The notes under the pieces: model-generated
Database searches by the model: none
What the model was told of the DNA's origin: nothing
The model's input: only the letters and a program-made list of their open reading frames with translations
From: Mobula birostris
Lineage: Eukaryota
Reading direction: 5' to 3'
Assembly (NCBI RefSeq): GCF_030028105.1
Contig: NC_092380.1
Span: forward strand, 70,615,717 to 70,679,716
Length of the DNA: 64,000 nt
Translations under genes and position numbers: made by a program
Shown here: positions 38,247 through 50,700 of the stretch, in pieces
How the letters are laid out: the number at the start of each line of letters is the position of its first letter
Numbering within the stretch: the stretch's first letter is position 1

Positions 38247-38629
38247 TATTGTTACATGCTGTCATTTGGTATATGAGAAGTAAGACTCACTGTTGTGCAT
38301 TATTTTATTTCTTTTAAACAACAAACTGGACTTGGCAGTTTACTATCGTTAAGATAGCTTCAGGTTTACTTCCAATCAAAAATTCAGTGCATAAATGTTG
38401 TCACTGGGCAAAAATTGCACAGCATAAGATTTTTGCATACACTGATCTTTACAAGTTAGAGGGAAGATTGCCTGTTACCATGCTGTAGCTGCCTGTCTCT
38501 TTTTCATCTCACCTCCAGTTTCTAATAAGACCTGCCACAAAATGTAACTTGTTGGTCTTCTACATCTGTTGTCACCTCTTTCTATGGATTTGATTTCATT
38601 TCTTTTACCAACAGAGCCACCCCAACCCC

Positions 38630-40300
38630 TCTGCCTGTCCTTTCAATACAATGTGTATCCATGGATGATAAGCTCCCAACTATGACCTTCTTTCAGCCAT
38701 GTCTCAGTAATGCCCAGAACGTCATACCTGCCCATCTCTAACTGTGCTACAAGATCATCCGCCTGATTCCATATTCTGCTTGCGTTTGAATATAACACCT
38801 TCGATCCTGTATTCATCACTGATCTTGCTCCAATGTTACATTTCAACTTAACCCACAGACTGCAGCTTTGCTCTATCATCTGCCCATCCTTCCTCACAAT
38901 CTCACTATATGCTGCATTGACTTGTCTACCAACTGCTCCATCCTCAGCCCTATTACTCTGGTTCCCATACCCCTTCCAAATTAGTTTAAACCCTCCCCAA
39001 CAGCTTCAGCAACATTGCTCGCAAGGATATTGGACCCCTCTGGTTCAGGTGCAAGCCATCCTTTTTTTACAGGCCATACCTTTCCCAGAAAAGATCCCAA
39101 TGATCTAGAAATCTGAAACCATGCCCCCTGCACCAATTCCTTAGCCACACATTTATCTACGTTATTACATTATCACATTCATCCTATTCTTACCCTCATT
39201 GGTGTATGGCATGGGCAACAATCCAGAGATTACTACCCTAGAGGTCCTGCTTTTCAGCTTTCTACCTAATTCCCTGTATTCTCTCCTCAGGACCTCTTCC
39301 CTTTTCCTGCCTATGTCATTGGTAACAAAGTGTACCACAGTGTCTATTTGCTCACCCTCCCCCCTTATAATGGTGTGGACCCAAACTGAGACATCCCTGA
39401 CCTTGGCACCTGGGAGCCATGTTCCCTCTAATTTGAAGTGACCGGTGTGTGCAAAAATCTTGTGCTGTGCAATTTTTTGCCCAGTGACAGCAACATGTGT
39501 ATACTGAATAATTTCTTCAATAAAGCAGTATAAACATGCCAGTTCTAAAATCTGCAGACAAATCATTGCAAACTCCTTGTGTCAACGCTGTTGGCATCAC
39601 AAACCAGAAAAGGAAATGTGATTGTGTATTATCATGAAATATACTTAACATGCCAACGAGGTAGAGGGTGACAACCTTTTGTGCGCAGTTTAAATTCCTT
39701 TGTGTGCTAGTAGCAAAAGATGTGTGCGTGCACACACGCGCAGACCTTAGAGGGAACATTGCCTGGGAGGCTACAAACCATCCAGGTGTCTCTATCACAT
39801 CCACAGAATCTCGTCTCTATTCCTATCACTACTTCAGTCCTTCTCACTTCTCTTCTCTTCTGAGCCACAGCACCAGACTCAGTTACAGAGATCTGGTCAC
39901 TGCAGCTCCCCCCGATAGGTCAACCCCTCTATGATGTCTGAAGAGCTATACTTATTAATGAGGGGAATAGACACAGAGGTGTTCCACACTGGCTGCCTAT
40001 TTCCTATCCCTCTTCTATCAGTCTCCCCGCCAGCTGCCTCCTGCAGCTTAGGGATGACTACCTCCCTGAGTCTCCTCATTCTCCAGTTTGAGCCGAAGGT
40101 CAATGAGTTGCTCCAGTTCTAAGGAGCCGCAGCTCAGTGCACTTCATGCAGGGAGACTGGAGGTATCCCAGAATTCCCACATGTCGCACAGATAACATAC
40201 CATTAACCTAGACCCATTCTCACCCCACTAACAGACAAAATATAGAGAAAAAATGCTAAAATCCTACTTAGAGCTTCTGCATCTTCTTGCCTGTTGAGCT
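38630..40300 (-). mobile_element. CR1 5' half: ORF1 SGNH-esterase-like domain and start of the endonuclease
   Basis: LPGAKVRDV...VVHFVTNDIGRKREEVL...VVISGLLP and DVLGITETWL motifs. Confidence 0.8.
39417..39761 (-). mobile_element. hAT MITE (345 bp) inserted in CR1 ORF1
   Basis: TIRs CCATGTTCCCTCTAA / TTAGAGGGAACATTG and perfect TSD CCTGGGAG (39409-39416, 39762-39769). Confidence 0.92.
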
Positions 40301-40315
40301 GAGTCTGAGGAGAGA

Positions 40316-40887
40316 NNNNNNNNNNNNNNNNNNNNNNNNNNNNNNNNNNNNNNNNNNNNNNNNNNNNNNNNNNNNNNNNNNNNNNNNNNNNNNNNNNNNN
40401 NNNNNNNNNNNNNNNNNNNNNNNNNNNNNNNNNNNNNNNNNNNNNNNNNNNNNNNNNNNNNNNNNNNNNNNNNNNNNNNNNNNAGAGAGAGAGGAGATGG
40501 GGGAGAGAGAGAAAGAGAGACAGGCAGAGAGGGAGAAACAGAGAGAGAGAGAGAAGAGACAGAGAGAGAGACGGAGGGAGAANNNNNNNNNNNNNNNNNN
40601 NNNNNNNNNNNNNNNNNNNNNNNNNNNNNNNNNNNNNNNNNNNNNNNNNNNNNNNNNNNNNNNNNNNNNNNNNNNNNNNNNNNNNNNNNNNNNNNNNNNN
40701 NNNNNNNNNNNNNNNNNNNNNNNNNNNNNNNNNNNNNNNNNNNNNNNNNNNNNNNNNNNNNNNNNNNNNNNNNNNNNNNNNNNNNNNNNNNNNNNNNNNN
40801 NNNNNNNNNNNNNNNNNNNNNNNNNNNNNNNNNNNNNNNNNNNNNNNNNNNNNNNNNNNNNNNNNNNNNNNNNNNNNNNNNNNNNNC
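40316..40887. other. Two N gaps (40316-40483, 40583-40887) flanking a GA-rich simple repeat
   Basis: N runs seen directly, with (GA)n-rich sequence between them. Confidence 0.97.
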
Positions 40888-41373
40888 TTCAGCCTTCCGA
40901 CTCCGTACTTATCATAATTTGTTCTTTCCACTTTCTCCTCTCACCCTCCATACTGTAGCAACCACCTACATGGTAGGAACAGGATGCCTTGGCCAATTAG
41001 CTTACCAGTTCACACGTGATTAGGATGTGGGAGGTAACAGAGCACTTGGGACACCTACACTGCCACTGGGAGTGTGCAGGCAGCACTGGAGGGTGGAATT
41101 GATCCCAGAATTCTGGTGAGGCAGCAGCCCCTGTGCTGCTATACTGTGAGTGCTGGTCTAAACTGGTTACTGCCTAGACCAGCATATAACTGGCAGACTG
41201 TGAGTTCTCCCCACTTCTCTTAGGAAGTGTGGTGTATGGCATGGTAGAATTATGCAAACCCTGAACTAATTGCAGTTCAAGTCCCATTTACAGATTGCCA
41301 CACCTTAGAAAGAAAGCTTTGGACCAGGAGAGAGTTCAATCTGATTCACTGTATGCTGTCAAGAGTGAAAGTA

Positions 41374-44300
41374 TATTCAGTGGCCACTTTATTAGGTACA
41401 CCTGTACACCTGCTTATTAATCAGTCACTCATATGGCAGCAACTCAATGCATAAAAGCTTGCAGACATGGCCAAGAGAATCAATTGTTGTTCAGATCAAA
41501 CATCAGAATGGGGAAGGAATGTGATCTAAGTGACTTCCACTGTGGAATGATTGTCGGTGCATATGGTGTGGTTTGAGCATCTCAGAAACTGCTGACCTCC
41601 TGCACAACAGTCTTTAGAGTTTACAGAGAATGGTGTGAATGGCAGTTCTGTGGGTGGAAACTCCTTGTTAGTGAGAGAGGTTATAGGAGAATGGCCATAC
41701 TGGTTCAAGGTGACAGGAAAGTGGCAATAGTGCAAATAATCACGCATTACAACAGTGGTGTGGAGAAGAGCTTCACTGAACGAGTAACAGGTTGAACCTG
41801 TGCGCATGCAGCCGGTCACAGTTGCTCCACAGTTTCTTACTTTTAAACTTTTTAACTTAGTAATTTGTTGTATTTTTTTTCTCACGGTAACACGTTGAAG
41901 CTGCACCCTCTCTAACATGCTGGTGGAGAGAGTTTTACTTGTTTTTTTAGCGCTGGAATTAGTTACATTCGGACACGTCTTGTTAGCGTGGCAGCAGGAT
42001 GGCTGCATTGTGTATTCCAGGGACCAATTGATTGCGCTCATGCCCGCCGGTTTAGCGAACAGGGCAGCGGGCATACCAGCTGAAATCTGGAGGAAAACAC
42101 ACAGAGGATGCAGAGGGGGATCAAAAAGGCGAGGGAAGAGGACCAGGTCGAGACAACAGAGGCTTTTGGAGAAGGGAAGTTATAAGCCTTGTCTCCCCTC
42201 TCTTATCATGGGAAATGTGAGATGGCTGGGGAATAAAATGGACGAACTGACTGCGCTTGTCAGGAGTCAGAGAACAGTTCGGGAGCGCAGTGTCATGTGC
42301 TTCACTGCGACGTGGCTGCATGAGGACATACCCGATCAAAACGTTTCCATAGAGGGCTTCCAGACCGTGCGAGCTGACCGGAATTGCACTGAGAGCGGTA
42401 AGCATAAAGGAGGGGGGCTGGCGGTTCTGGTAAATAACAGATGGTGCAATCCTGGGCATATTACGATGTCTGTAGCCCGGATATTGAACTTTTTGCTGTT
42501 GGACTCCGGCCATATTATTTGCCAAGAGAAATCTCACGTGCAATTGTGGTTATTGTGTACATCCCTCTCTCTGCCAACCCGACATCGGCGTGTACAGCAT
42601 TTACACCGTCATAGCCAGATTACAAACCCCGCACCAGAGTGCCCTCATTACCATCTCGGGTGACTTCAACCAGTTTACCATGGCTAGAACACTGCCCAAC
42701 TTCACGCAGTATGTCAGCTGTACAACCAGGAGGGAGAGGACTCTGGATTTGATGCACGCTAACGTTAAGGATGCATACAGCTCCTCTCCCCTCCCCCCAC
42801 TGGGAAGGTCAGATCACAACCTGGTGCATCTAAAACCCTGCTATGTGCCTCTGGTGAAGAGTAAACCTGCAAACTCGAGGACAGTGAGAAAATGGTCGGA
42901 GGAGGCTTATGAGGTGCTCCAAGGTTGTTTTGAGGTGACAGACTGGCAGGCACTCTGTGAGCCACATGGAAAGGATATTGATGGGCTCACAGAGTGCATC
43001 ACTGATTACATCAACTTCTGTGTGGACTGCAGTGTTCCGACAAGAACTGTCCTTTGTTATTCAAATAACAAGCCATGGGTGACAAAGGACATTAAGGACA
43101 TCCTGAACACTAAAAAAAGGGTGCTTAGAGATGGAAATAGGGAGGAGCTGAGGGCGATACAGAGGGACCTGAAAGCCAGGATCAGGGAGGCTAAAGACAG
43201 GTACAGGAGGAAGCTTGAGTGGAAACTCCAGCAGAACAACATGAGAGAGGTCTGGAGGGGAATGAGGACCATCACTGGGTTCCGGCAAACTAGCAACAGA
43301 GGAGGGGAAGGCAGTGTGTACAGGGCCAATGAACTTAACCTGTTCTTTAACAGATTTGACAGTGTAGCCCCTGCCCATCCCACACATGAGCCATCTGTTG
43401 TCGGCCCCCAACCAACACATATTCCACTCTCCCCTCCTACCCCTCCTCACAGTCCGCCACCCTGCCCTCATGACTATACCGCTTCCCCACACGAAACCAC
43501 CACGGTGGGCTTCACAGCTGAACAGGTGAGAAGACAGCTGAAACATCTCAACCCAAGCAATGCTGCAGGACCGGATGGTGTCAGTACCAGGGTGCTCAAA
43601 GCCGGTGCCCCTCAGCTATGTGGAGTACTTGGCTATGTATTCAACCTGAGCCTGAGGCTCCAGAGGGTTTCTGTACTGTGGAAGACGTCCTGCCTCATCC
43701 CCGTGCCGAAGACGCCGCACCCTAGCAGCCTCAATGACTACAGACCGGTGGCATTGACCTCCCACACCATGAAGACCCTGGAGAGACTTGTTCTGGAGCT
43801 GCTCCGGCCTATGGTCAGGCCACACTTAGATCCCCTCCAGTTCGCCTACCAGCCCCGACTAAGAGTTAAGGATGCCATTGTCTACCTGCTGAACCGTGTC
43901 TACGCCCACCTGGACAAGCCAGCGAGCACTGTGAGGGTCATGTTTTTTTACTTTTCCAGTGCGTTCAACACCATCCGCCCTGCTCTGCTGGGGGAGAAGC
44001 TGACAGTGATGCAGGTGGATGCTTCCCTGGTATCATGGATTCTTGATTACCTGACTGACAGACCACATTCCGTGTGCTTGCAACACTGTGTGTCCGACAG
44101 AGTGATCAGCAGCACTGGGACTCCACAGGGGACTGTCTTGTCTCCCTTTCTCTTCACCATTTATACCTTGGACTTCAACTACCGCACAGAGTCTTGTCAT
44201 CTTCAGAAGTTTTCTGATGACTCGCCATAGTTGGATGCATCAGCAAGGGAGATGAGGCTGAGTACAGGGCTACAGTAGGAAACTTTGTCACATGGTGTGA

Positions 44301-45138
44301 GCAGAATTATCTGCAGCTTAATGTGAAAAAGACTAAGGAGCTGGTGGTAGACCTGAGGAGAGCTAAGGTACCAGTGACCCCTGTTTCCATCCAGGGGGTC
44401 AGTGTGGACATGGTGGAGGATTACAAGATACGAATTGACAATAAACTGGACTGGTCAAAGAACACTAAGGCTGTCTACAAGAAGGGTCAGAGCCGTCTCT
44501 ATTTCCTGAGGAGACTGACGTCCTTTAACATCTGCCGGACGATGCTGAGGATGTTCTGCGAGTCTGTGGTGGCCAGTGCTATCATGTTTGCTGTTGTGTG
44601 CTGGGGCAGCAGGCTGAGGGTGGCAGACACCAACAGAATCAACAAACTCATTCATAAGCCAGTGATGTTGTGGGGATGGAATTGGACTCTCTCACGGTGG
44701 TGTCTGAAAAGAAGATGTTGTCTAAGTTGCATGCCATCTTTGACAAAGTCTCCCATCCACTACATAATGTACTGGGTGGGCACAGGAGTACATTCAGCCA
44801 GTGACTCATCCCACCGAGATGCAACACTGAACGTCATAGGAAGTCATTCCTGCCTGTGGCCATCAAACTTTACAACTCCCTTGGAGGGTCAGACATCCTG
44901 AGCCAATAGGCTGGTCCTGGACTTATTTCATAATTTACTGGCATAATTTACATATTACTATTTAACTATTTATGGTTCTATTACTAGTTATTATTTATGG
45001 TGCAACTGTAAAGAAAACCAATTTCCCCCGGGATTAATAAAGTATGACTATGACTATAGCAGCAGAAGCCCAGAAACATGCACTCGTTGGTTGCACTATT
45101 AGGTATAGGACATACCCAATAAAGTGGCCTCTGAGGGT
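41374..45138 (+). mobile_element. Non-autonomous Tc1-like element split by a Rex1 insertion
   Basis: Inverted ends CAGTGGCCACTTTATT / AATAAAGTGGCCTCTG and HTH-region remnants at 41460-41790. Confidence 0.7.
41800..45057 (+). mobile_element. Apparently full-length Rex1/Babar LINE, frameshifted
   Basis: APE (MGNVRWL..KMDEL, MCFTATWL, SGDFN, SDH) and RT (PQGTVLSPFLF, FSDD) are spread over ORFs 41917..42663, 42590..44230 and 44323..44901. AATAAA + (TATGAC)n tail. Confidence 0.9.
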
Positions 45139-46391
45139 ATAAGGGAAGATTTCAAAAAGAAGCTTGTAAGGAGTTGGGAGAAACTGCTGAAAGGCAGAGG
45201 AAGTGTTGCTCTCTGAATACCTGAAAATCTGAAAAGAAAGACAAGTAGACAGCCAAGTGGGTTAGAGAGGAAAATTGGCCTTGACAGCTGAAAGCACAAT
45301 AATTCAGTGAAAGCCTGGAACTCAGTGGTGTGCTACTTCAATTCAAGCATGAACAAGCAGCTAGACTTATGGAGCATAGATATCCTGAGGGTGTGGTGGG
45401 GAAGAGGAACCCACAGGACAAAGCAAAACAATGGAAGCATTGATTAAAAAAAAGTAGTAAGAATTTCAAAATTGAGGTATTGTGTAATTAACATTCACTG
45501 GTAGTGAACAGGAAGTGTTGAGATCACTCAGGTCAAATAACATCTGGGAAAGAGGAAACAGAATTAACATTTCAGATCAACAATTCTTTGGCAGAACTGG
45601 GAAAGAGCTTCTGATTTTATTTAAAATTTCCAGCAACTTTTTTCATACAAGTGTTCAAGATAGAATTTATGGGTAACATGACAGCTTAAGGGAATCAAAT
45701 TTCTGTCTACATATTAATATCAAATATCTGACTATGTCATATTGTCAAAATTAGCAGCAATACTGCAAACACTAACCCCTTCAAGGCCAGTTTCTGGGAA
45801 GAACATTTGAACAAGTGTGTCTCCATTTAATTATTAATTACATTTATTTACATTGTTCTGTATGATCATGCTAATAAATTCTAAATAAAATTATCTAATG
45901 TTACATAAAAAGTCAAGAACACTTACGCAAAAATTAAAGACAATTCTGCACAACTGCTCAGCAATCAACCATGGCTGAGCCAATATTATAAAGCAAGTAC
46001 TTGTCTGTTAAACAAAATAATTAACCATGTATCGAGATAATGTAACAGGAAAGAGTAGAAATTAATATTGCTATTTCCATTTCTTAAAATGCCGGCTATA
46101 TTCTATCAAATCAAAACATGCAAATAAATTAAAGCTTTATGTAAATGCTAGCATTTATCATTATAAAGGGTTCACTGAAGTATACTTATCTTCTACTTTT
46201 GATTCAGATTTATTTTCCTCATGTACATTGAAACATAAGGCAAGTGTCATTACGCATTCAGGTGCCAATGTTGCATGCCCACAATGTTCACAAGAAGAGC
46301 ACAAGCTGCAGCAACAACAGTAATAACAAAACAATAGCAAGTCAAGCCACTTCCCCACCCTCTTACCCCTCCTATCCGTCCTATCCATCCA

Positions 46392-46430
<39 letters not shown>
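46392..46430. repeat. Compound (CT)n(CA)n microsatellite
   Basis: Seen directly. Confidence 0.95.
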
Positions 46431-47768
46431 TCATGACTCCAATCTCAGGGCATGCTGCCACCAGGCCTCCAGTCCTTGGTCCTGGACACTCAGACTCACA
46501 GACATCGGGCCTCCGATCTCCAGTCTTTCCCAGACTTACAGACATTACGCTTCTGACCTCCGGACAAGCAACCGGTCAAAGGTCAAAGGCTTTGACCTTT
46601 GGGCCTCTACCTCTACCCCTAGATTCACTGATCTCTAGACCTTGTCCTTCATCTTCATCCTCTGGACTTCACCGACCTCTGGGTATCAAGACTGCAATAA
46701 AAATAATTTAAAATTCATTCCTTGTTCTTTCTTGATTCAGCAGCAAGAGGTATCCAAAGTGAATTTATTATCAAAGTACAAAAATGTCACCATAGACAAC
46801 ACTGAGATTCATTTTCTTGCAGGCATACTCAATAAATCCAATAACTATAATAGAATGAATGAAAGAAACAAATTCTAAGGTATTATTTCATTTTATTTAC
46901 AATGACCTGTTTTGCATATAACATCTTTAACGATTTAACTTTTATATTGCCATATGTGATAATGTCTATTTAAAATGTCTTCTGTTTGACTCAATAATCA
47001 TGCACATCAAAATTACCATGTACCTAACATTGTTACTCCTATATAAGGTTGTGCAAAGTTGTTTTTGAAGGAACATTAGGGCCTTCAGGTGATGAGGGAG
47101 TAAGAATAGACACAGTAAGAAGTCTGTATATTATGGGTGGGATTCTTAAACAAGAGAACTAGGGTCTCAAGTGGAAATTTTATGTAAAAATCTTTTGGAT
47201 GTTTACTATTACCCACATCGTCCCATAGTTTGCTAGCTTCATGGGGAAAGGAATGAAGTGCTTTTCAGTGGCACATCTCATATTCTTCTAGGTCACACTC
47301 CAGTATAAACTCCAATCTCTGGTTCTGCCTGTGCAGGGTTTGTGCAGGATACTCTTCTTGTGGCTACATTGCTCTCTTCTGGTTATTCTAATCTTAGCCC
47401 AAATGTGGGATGGCAAGTTACTTGGCTATTGTAAATTGTCCTCAGTGTGTTAGTGAGCGATAGAGTCCAATCAGAATAAAATGGGATTAGTATTAATGGA
47501 TGATCAATGGTCGGTACAGACTTAATGGTCCAAACTGTCAGTTTCTATGCTGTATGACTCTATAATCTATGATTTTGTAAGTATTAGTGAACTGAAGACT
47601 GAATTACGTGGCAAAAGAGGCTCAGCTGGGAGACATGGCAACAATGCCAATAACCTTTTGGGGTGGCACAGCAGTGGAGCGATTTGTGTAACACTATCAC
47701 AGCATTCATTTTGCCACTATGTGTAAGGACTTTACATGTTCTTCCTGTGACCTCAAGTGCTTGTTCTT

Positions 47769-50700
47769 TTCTTTCTTTCTTTTCAAATCTTTTTATTGTA
47801 TATATAGGAAAAATAACATGAGTACATCAAAGTAACAACACTTACAATGCCTCAAAAAAAACCATCATCTTAAAGATTGAAAACAAAATTTTGTGATAAC
47901 AAAAAAACCTACTGAACAGAAAAGTGAGAAAAAAAAGAGAACCCATTAGGTGTACAACCCCGGAGCCATGCGTCATACAAAAAGCTTCTAAAAATAAACA
48001 TCAAACCGCCAGCAAGAAAAGAAAATATACTAAAAGAATTTACAATTAGGTCGTGGAAAAATTATATCAATTAACTCAAATGATAATAATGAGCAAATGA
48101 CCCCCATCTTTTCTCAAAATCAAATAAAGGTTCAAAGGTTCGACTTCTAATTTTCTCCAAACTAAGACATAGCATCACTTGAGAGAACCAATGTGACAAA
48201 GTGGGAGCTGATGTATCCTTCCACTTCAACAAAATGGCCCTCCTAGCTATCAATGTAACAAATGCAATAACATGTTGGTCAGACACAGAAATACCATGAA
48301 TATTTTGAGGAACTATTCCAAAAAGCACAGTTAATTTATTAGGTTGTAAATTAATTTTAAGTGCTTTAGAAATTGTTGCGAAAACCGACTTCCAGAACTG
48401 TTCCAATATAGAACACGACCAAAACATATGTGTCAGTGTAGCTATCTCAGTTTTCCATCTATCACAATGACTATCAACATTAGGAAAGATTTTAGAAAGT
48501 CTCTCCTTTGTCAAATGATAATGATGTACAATTTTAAATTAAATCAATGAATGGCTGGCACAAATTGAAGAAGAGTTAACCAACTTCAATATCCTCATCC
48601 AATCCTCCGTCATAAAAGTCAAATTAAGTTCCTTTTCCAAATCTTGTTTAACCTTAGACAAAGGACGCTTATCCCATTGTAATAGTAAATTATAAATTCT
48701 TCCAATAGAACCCTTAATCAAAGGATTCATACTCATAATAGCATCTAACAGGTCAGCCTCCAATATGTAAGAGAAATTACTTAAATATTTTTGTAAAAAG
48801 TGTCTAACTTGAAGGTATTGCAGAAAGTGTGAGTATGAAAGAGAATATTTCTCAATTAATTGTTCAAAGGACATCAATCTATCTTTTTTAAATAAATCCA
48901 AGAAAGAATTAATACCTTTATTTTTCCAAAGTAGAAAAATTGTATCACTCAAAGAAGGCTTAAAAAAGTAATTTTGGTAAATTAAGCTACAAAGTTTAAA
49001 TTTTTTAAGATTAAAAAAATTGCAGAATTGGAGCCAAATTTGTAAAGAATACTTAATCACAGGATATAAGTTTAAATTAACAACTTTACCTAATTGCATA
49101 GGTAAAGGAGCCCCCAATAACGAGGTTAAATAAAACTGTTGTAGAACTTTTAGTTCCAGGTCTACCCAAATTGGCCAATCACTCTTATCAACCCAGTATA
49201 ACCAAAAAGACATATATCGCAGATTAACAGCCCAATAATACATTCTAAAATTAGGCAAAACAAGACCTCCATCCTTTTTCAATTTTTGTAAATGACATTT
49301 ACTAATTCTTGGTCTTTTATTATTCCAAATAAAAGATAAAATAATAGAATCAATCCGATCAAAAAGCTTCCTAGTCAAAAAAACAGGAATATTCTGAAAT
49401 AAATATAAAAATTTCAGTAGAATCATCATTTTAACTATATGAATATGACCAACAAGTGAAAATGTAAGTGGACTCCATCTACTAAATAAATACTTCAAAG
49501 AATCTACTAAGGGAACAAAATTAGCTTTATAAAGATCCTTATATTTTTTAGTAATTACAATACCTAAATATCTAAAAGAGTCTGAAACTTTAAAAGGAGT
49601 ATTATCATATATAGAAACATCATTTAAAGGAAACAATTCACTTTTACTAAAAAGTGAATATCCTGAAAAACCCCCGAATTCCTTAAATAATTTTAACAGG
49701 ACAAGAATGGATTCATCAGGATTAGATATATAAACCAATAAATCATCAGCATAAAGAGAGACCTTATGCATGGTCTCATTCACAAATATCCCATGGATAT
49801 TTTTAGCCTCACGAAGAGCAATAGCAAGGTGTTCTAATATTAAATTAAACAACAAAGGACTTAATGGACAGCCCTGCCTTGTCCCCCGTGAAAGCTGAAA
49901 AAAAGGAGACCTACAATTGTTAGTAACAACAGTAGCAATAGGGGCTTTATATATCATTTTAATCCAATTATTAAAATTAACACCAAAGCCAAATTTCTCT
50001 AAAACATTGAATAAATATTTCCATTCGACTCGGCCGAACGCTTTTTCAGCATCCAAAGGTACAACACATTGTGGAATTTTAGAAGAGGATGAATATATAA
50101 TGTTAAGTAGTCTCTGAACATTTGAAAAGGAATAGCGATCCTTTATAAAGCCTGTTTGATCTTTACAAATAATTTTACCCAAAATATTTTCCAACCGATT
50201 GGCCATTATCTTTGACAAGATCTTAGCGTCAACATTCAGTAATGAAATAGGTGTGTATGAAGCCCAGTCAGTAGGATCTTTATCTTTTTTAAGAATTAAA
50301 GAAATAGAGGCCTCATAAAAAGTAGAGGGTAAGTCACCTTTCACAAAAGAATCCTTAAACATTTCCAACATATACGGAGAGAGCAACTTTCCAAATTTTT
50401 CATAAAATTCTACAGGATAGCCATCAAGTCCTGGGGACTTAGCAGATTGCATTGAAAAAATAGCTTTATGAATTTCGGCTTCAGTAATTTGAGCATCGAG
50501 AATCTTTGATCCTCAGCCGAGATTTTAGGAAAAACAACCTTTTGTAAAAAGGCATTCATTTTAGAGGAATCTAACAGACATTGAGATTTATATAGCTCAG
50601 CATGAAAGTCTTGAAAAATCTTATTAATTTCCTCATATTCCTGAGCTAAGGTACCATCTTTCCTACAAATTTTCATGATTTGCCTTTTGGCTGCAGCCAT

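Larger units (their letters stand above)
35912..38470 (+). mobile_element. Non-autonomous hAT element retaining the transposase 5' end, with nested insertions
   Basis: TIRs CAATATTCCCTGTAA / TTAGAGGGAAGATTG and perfect TSD CCTGTTAC (35904-35911, 38471-38478). The internal segment KRTARSFKAEWLNDHF...C..C resembles a hAT N-terminus. Homologous to the MITE at 39417-39761. Confidence 0.8.

Noticed and set aside
46161-46430. Cys-rich, leader-like ORF (LLLFCYYCCCCSLC...KYTSVNPL)
   Set aside because: It derives from a microsatellite and a low-complexity repeat tail, and has no usable splice sites.
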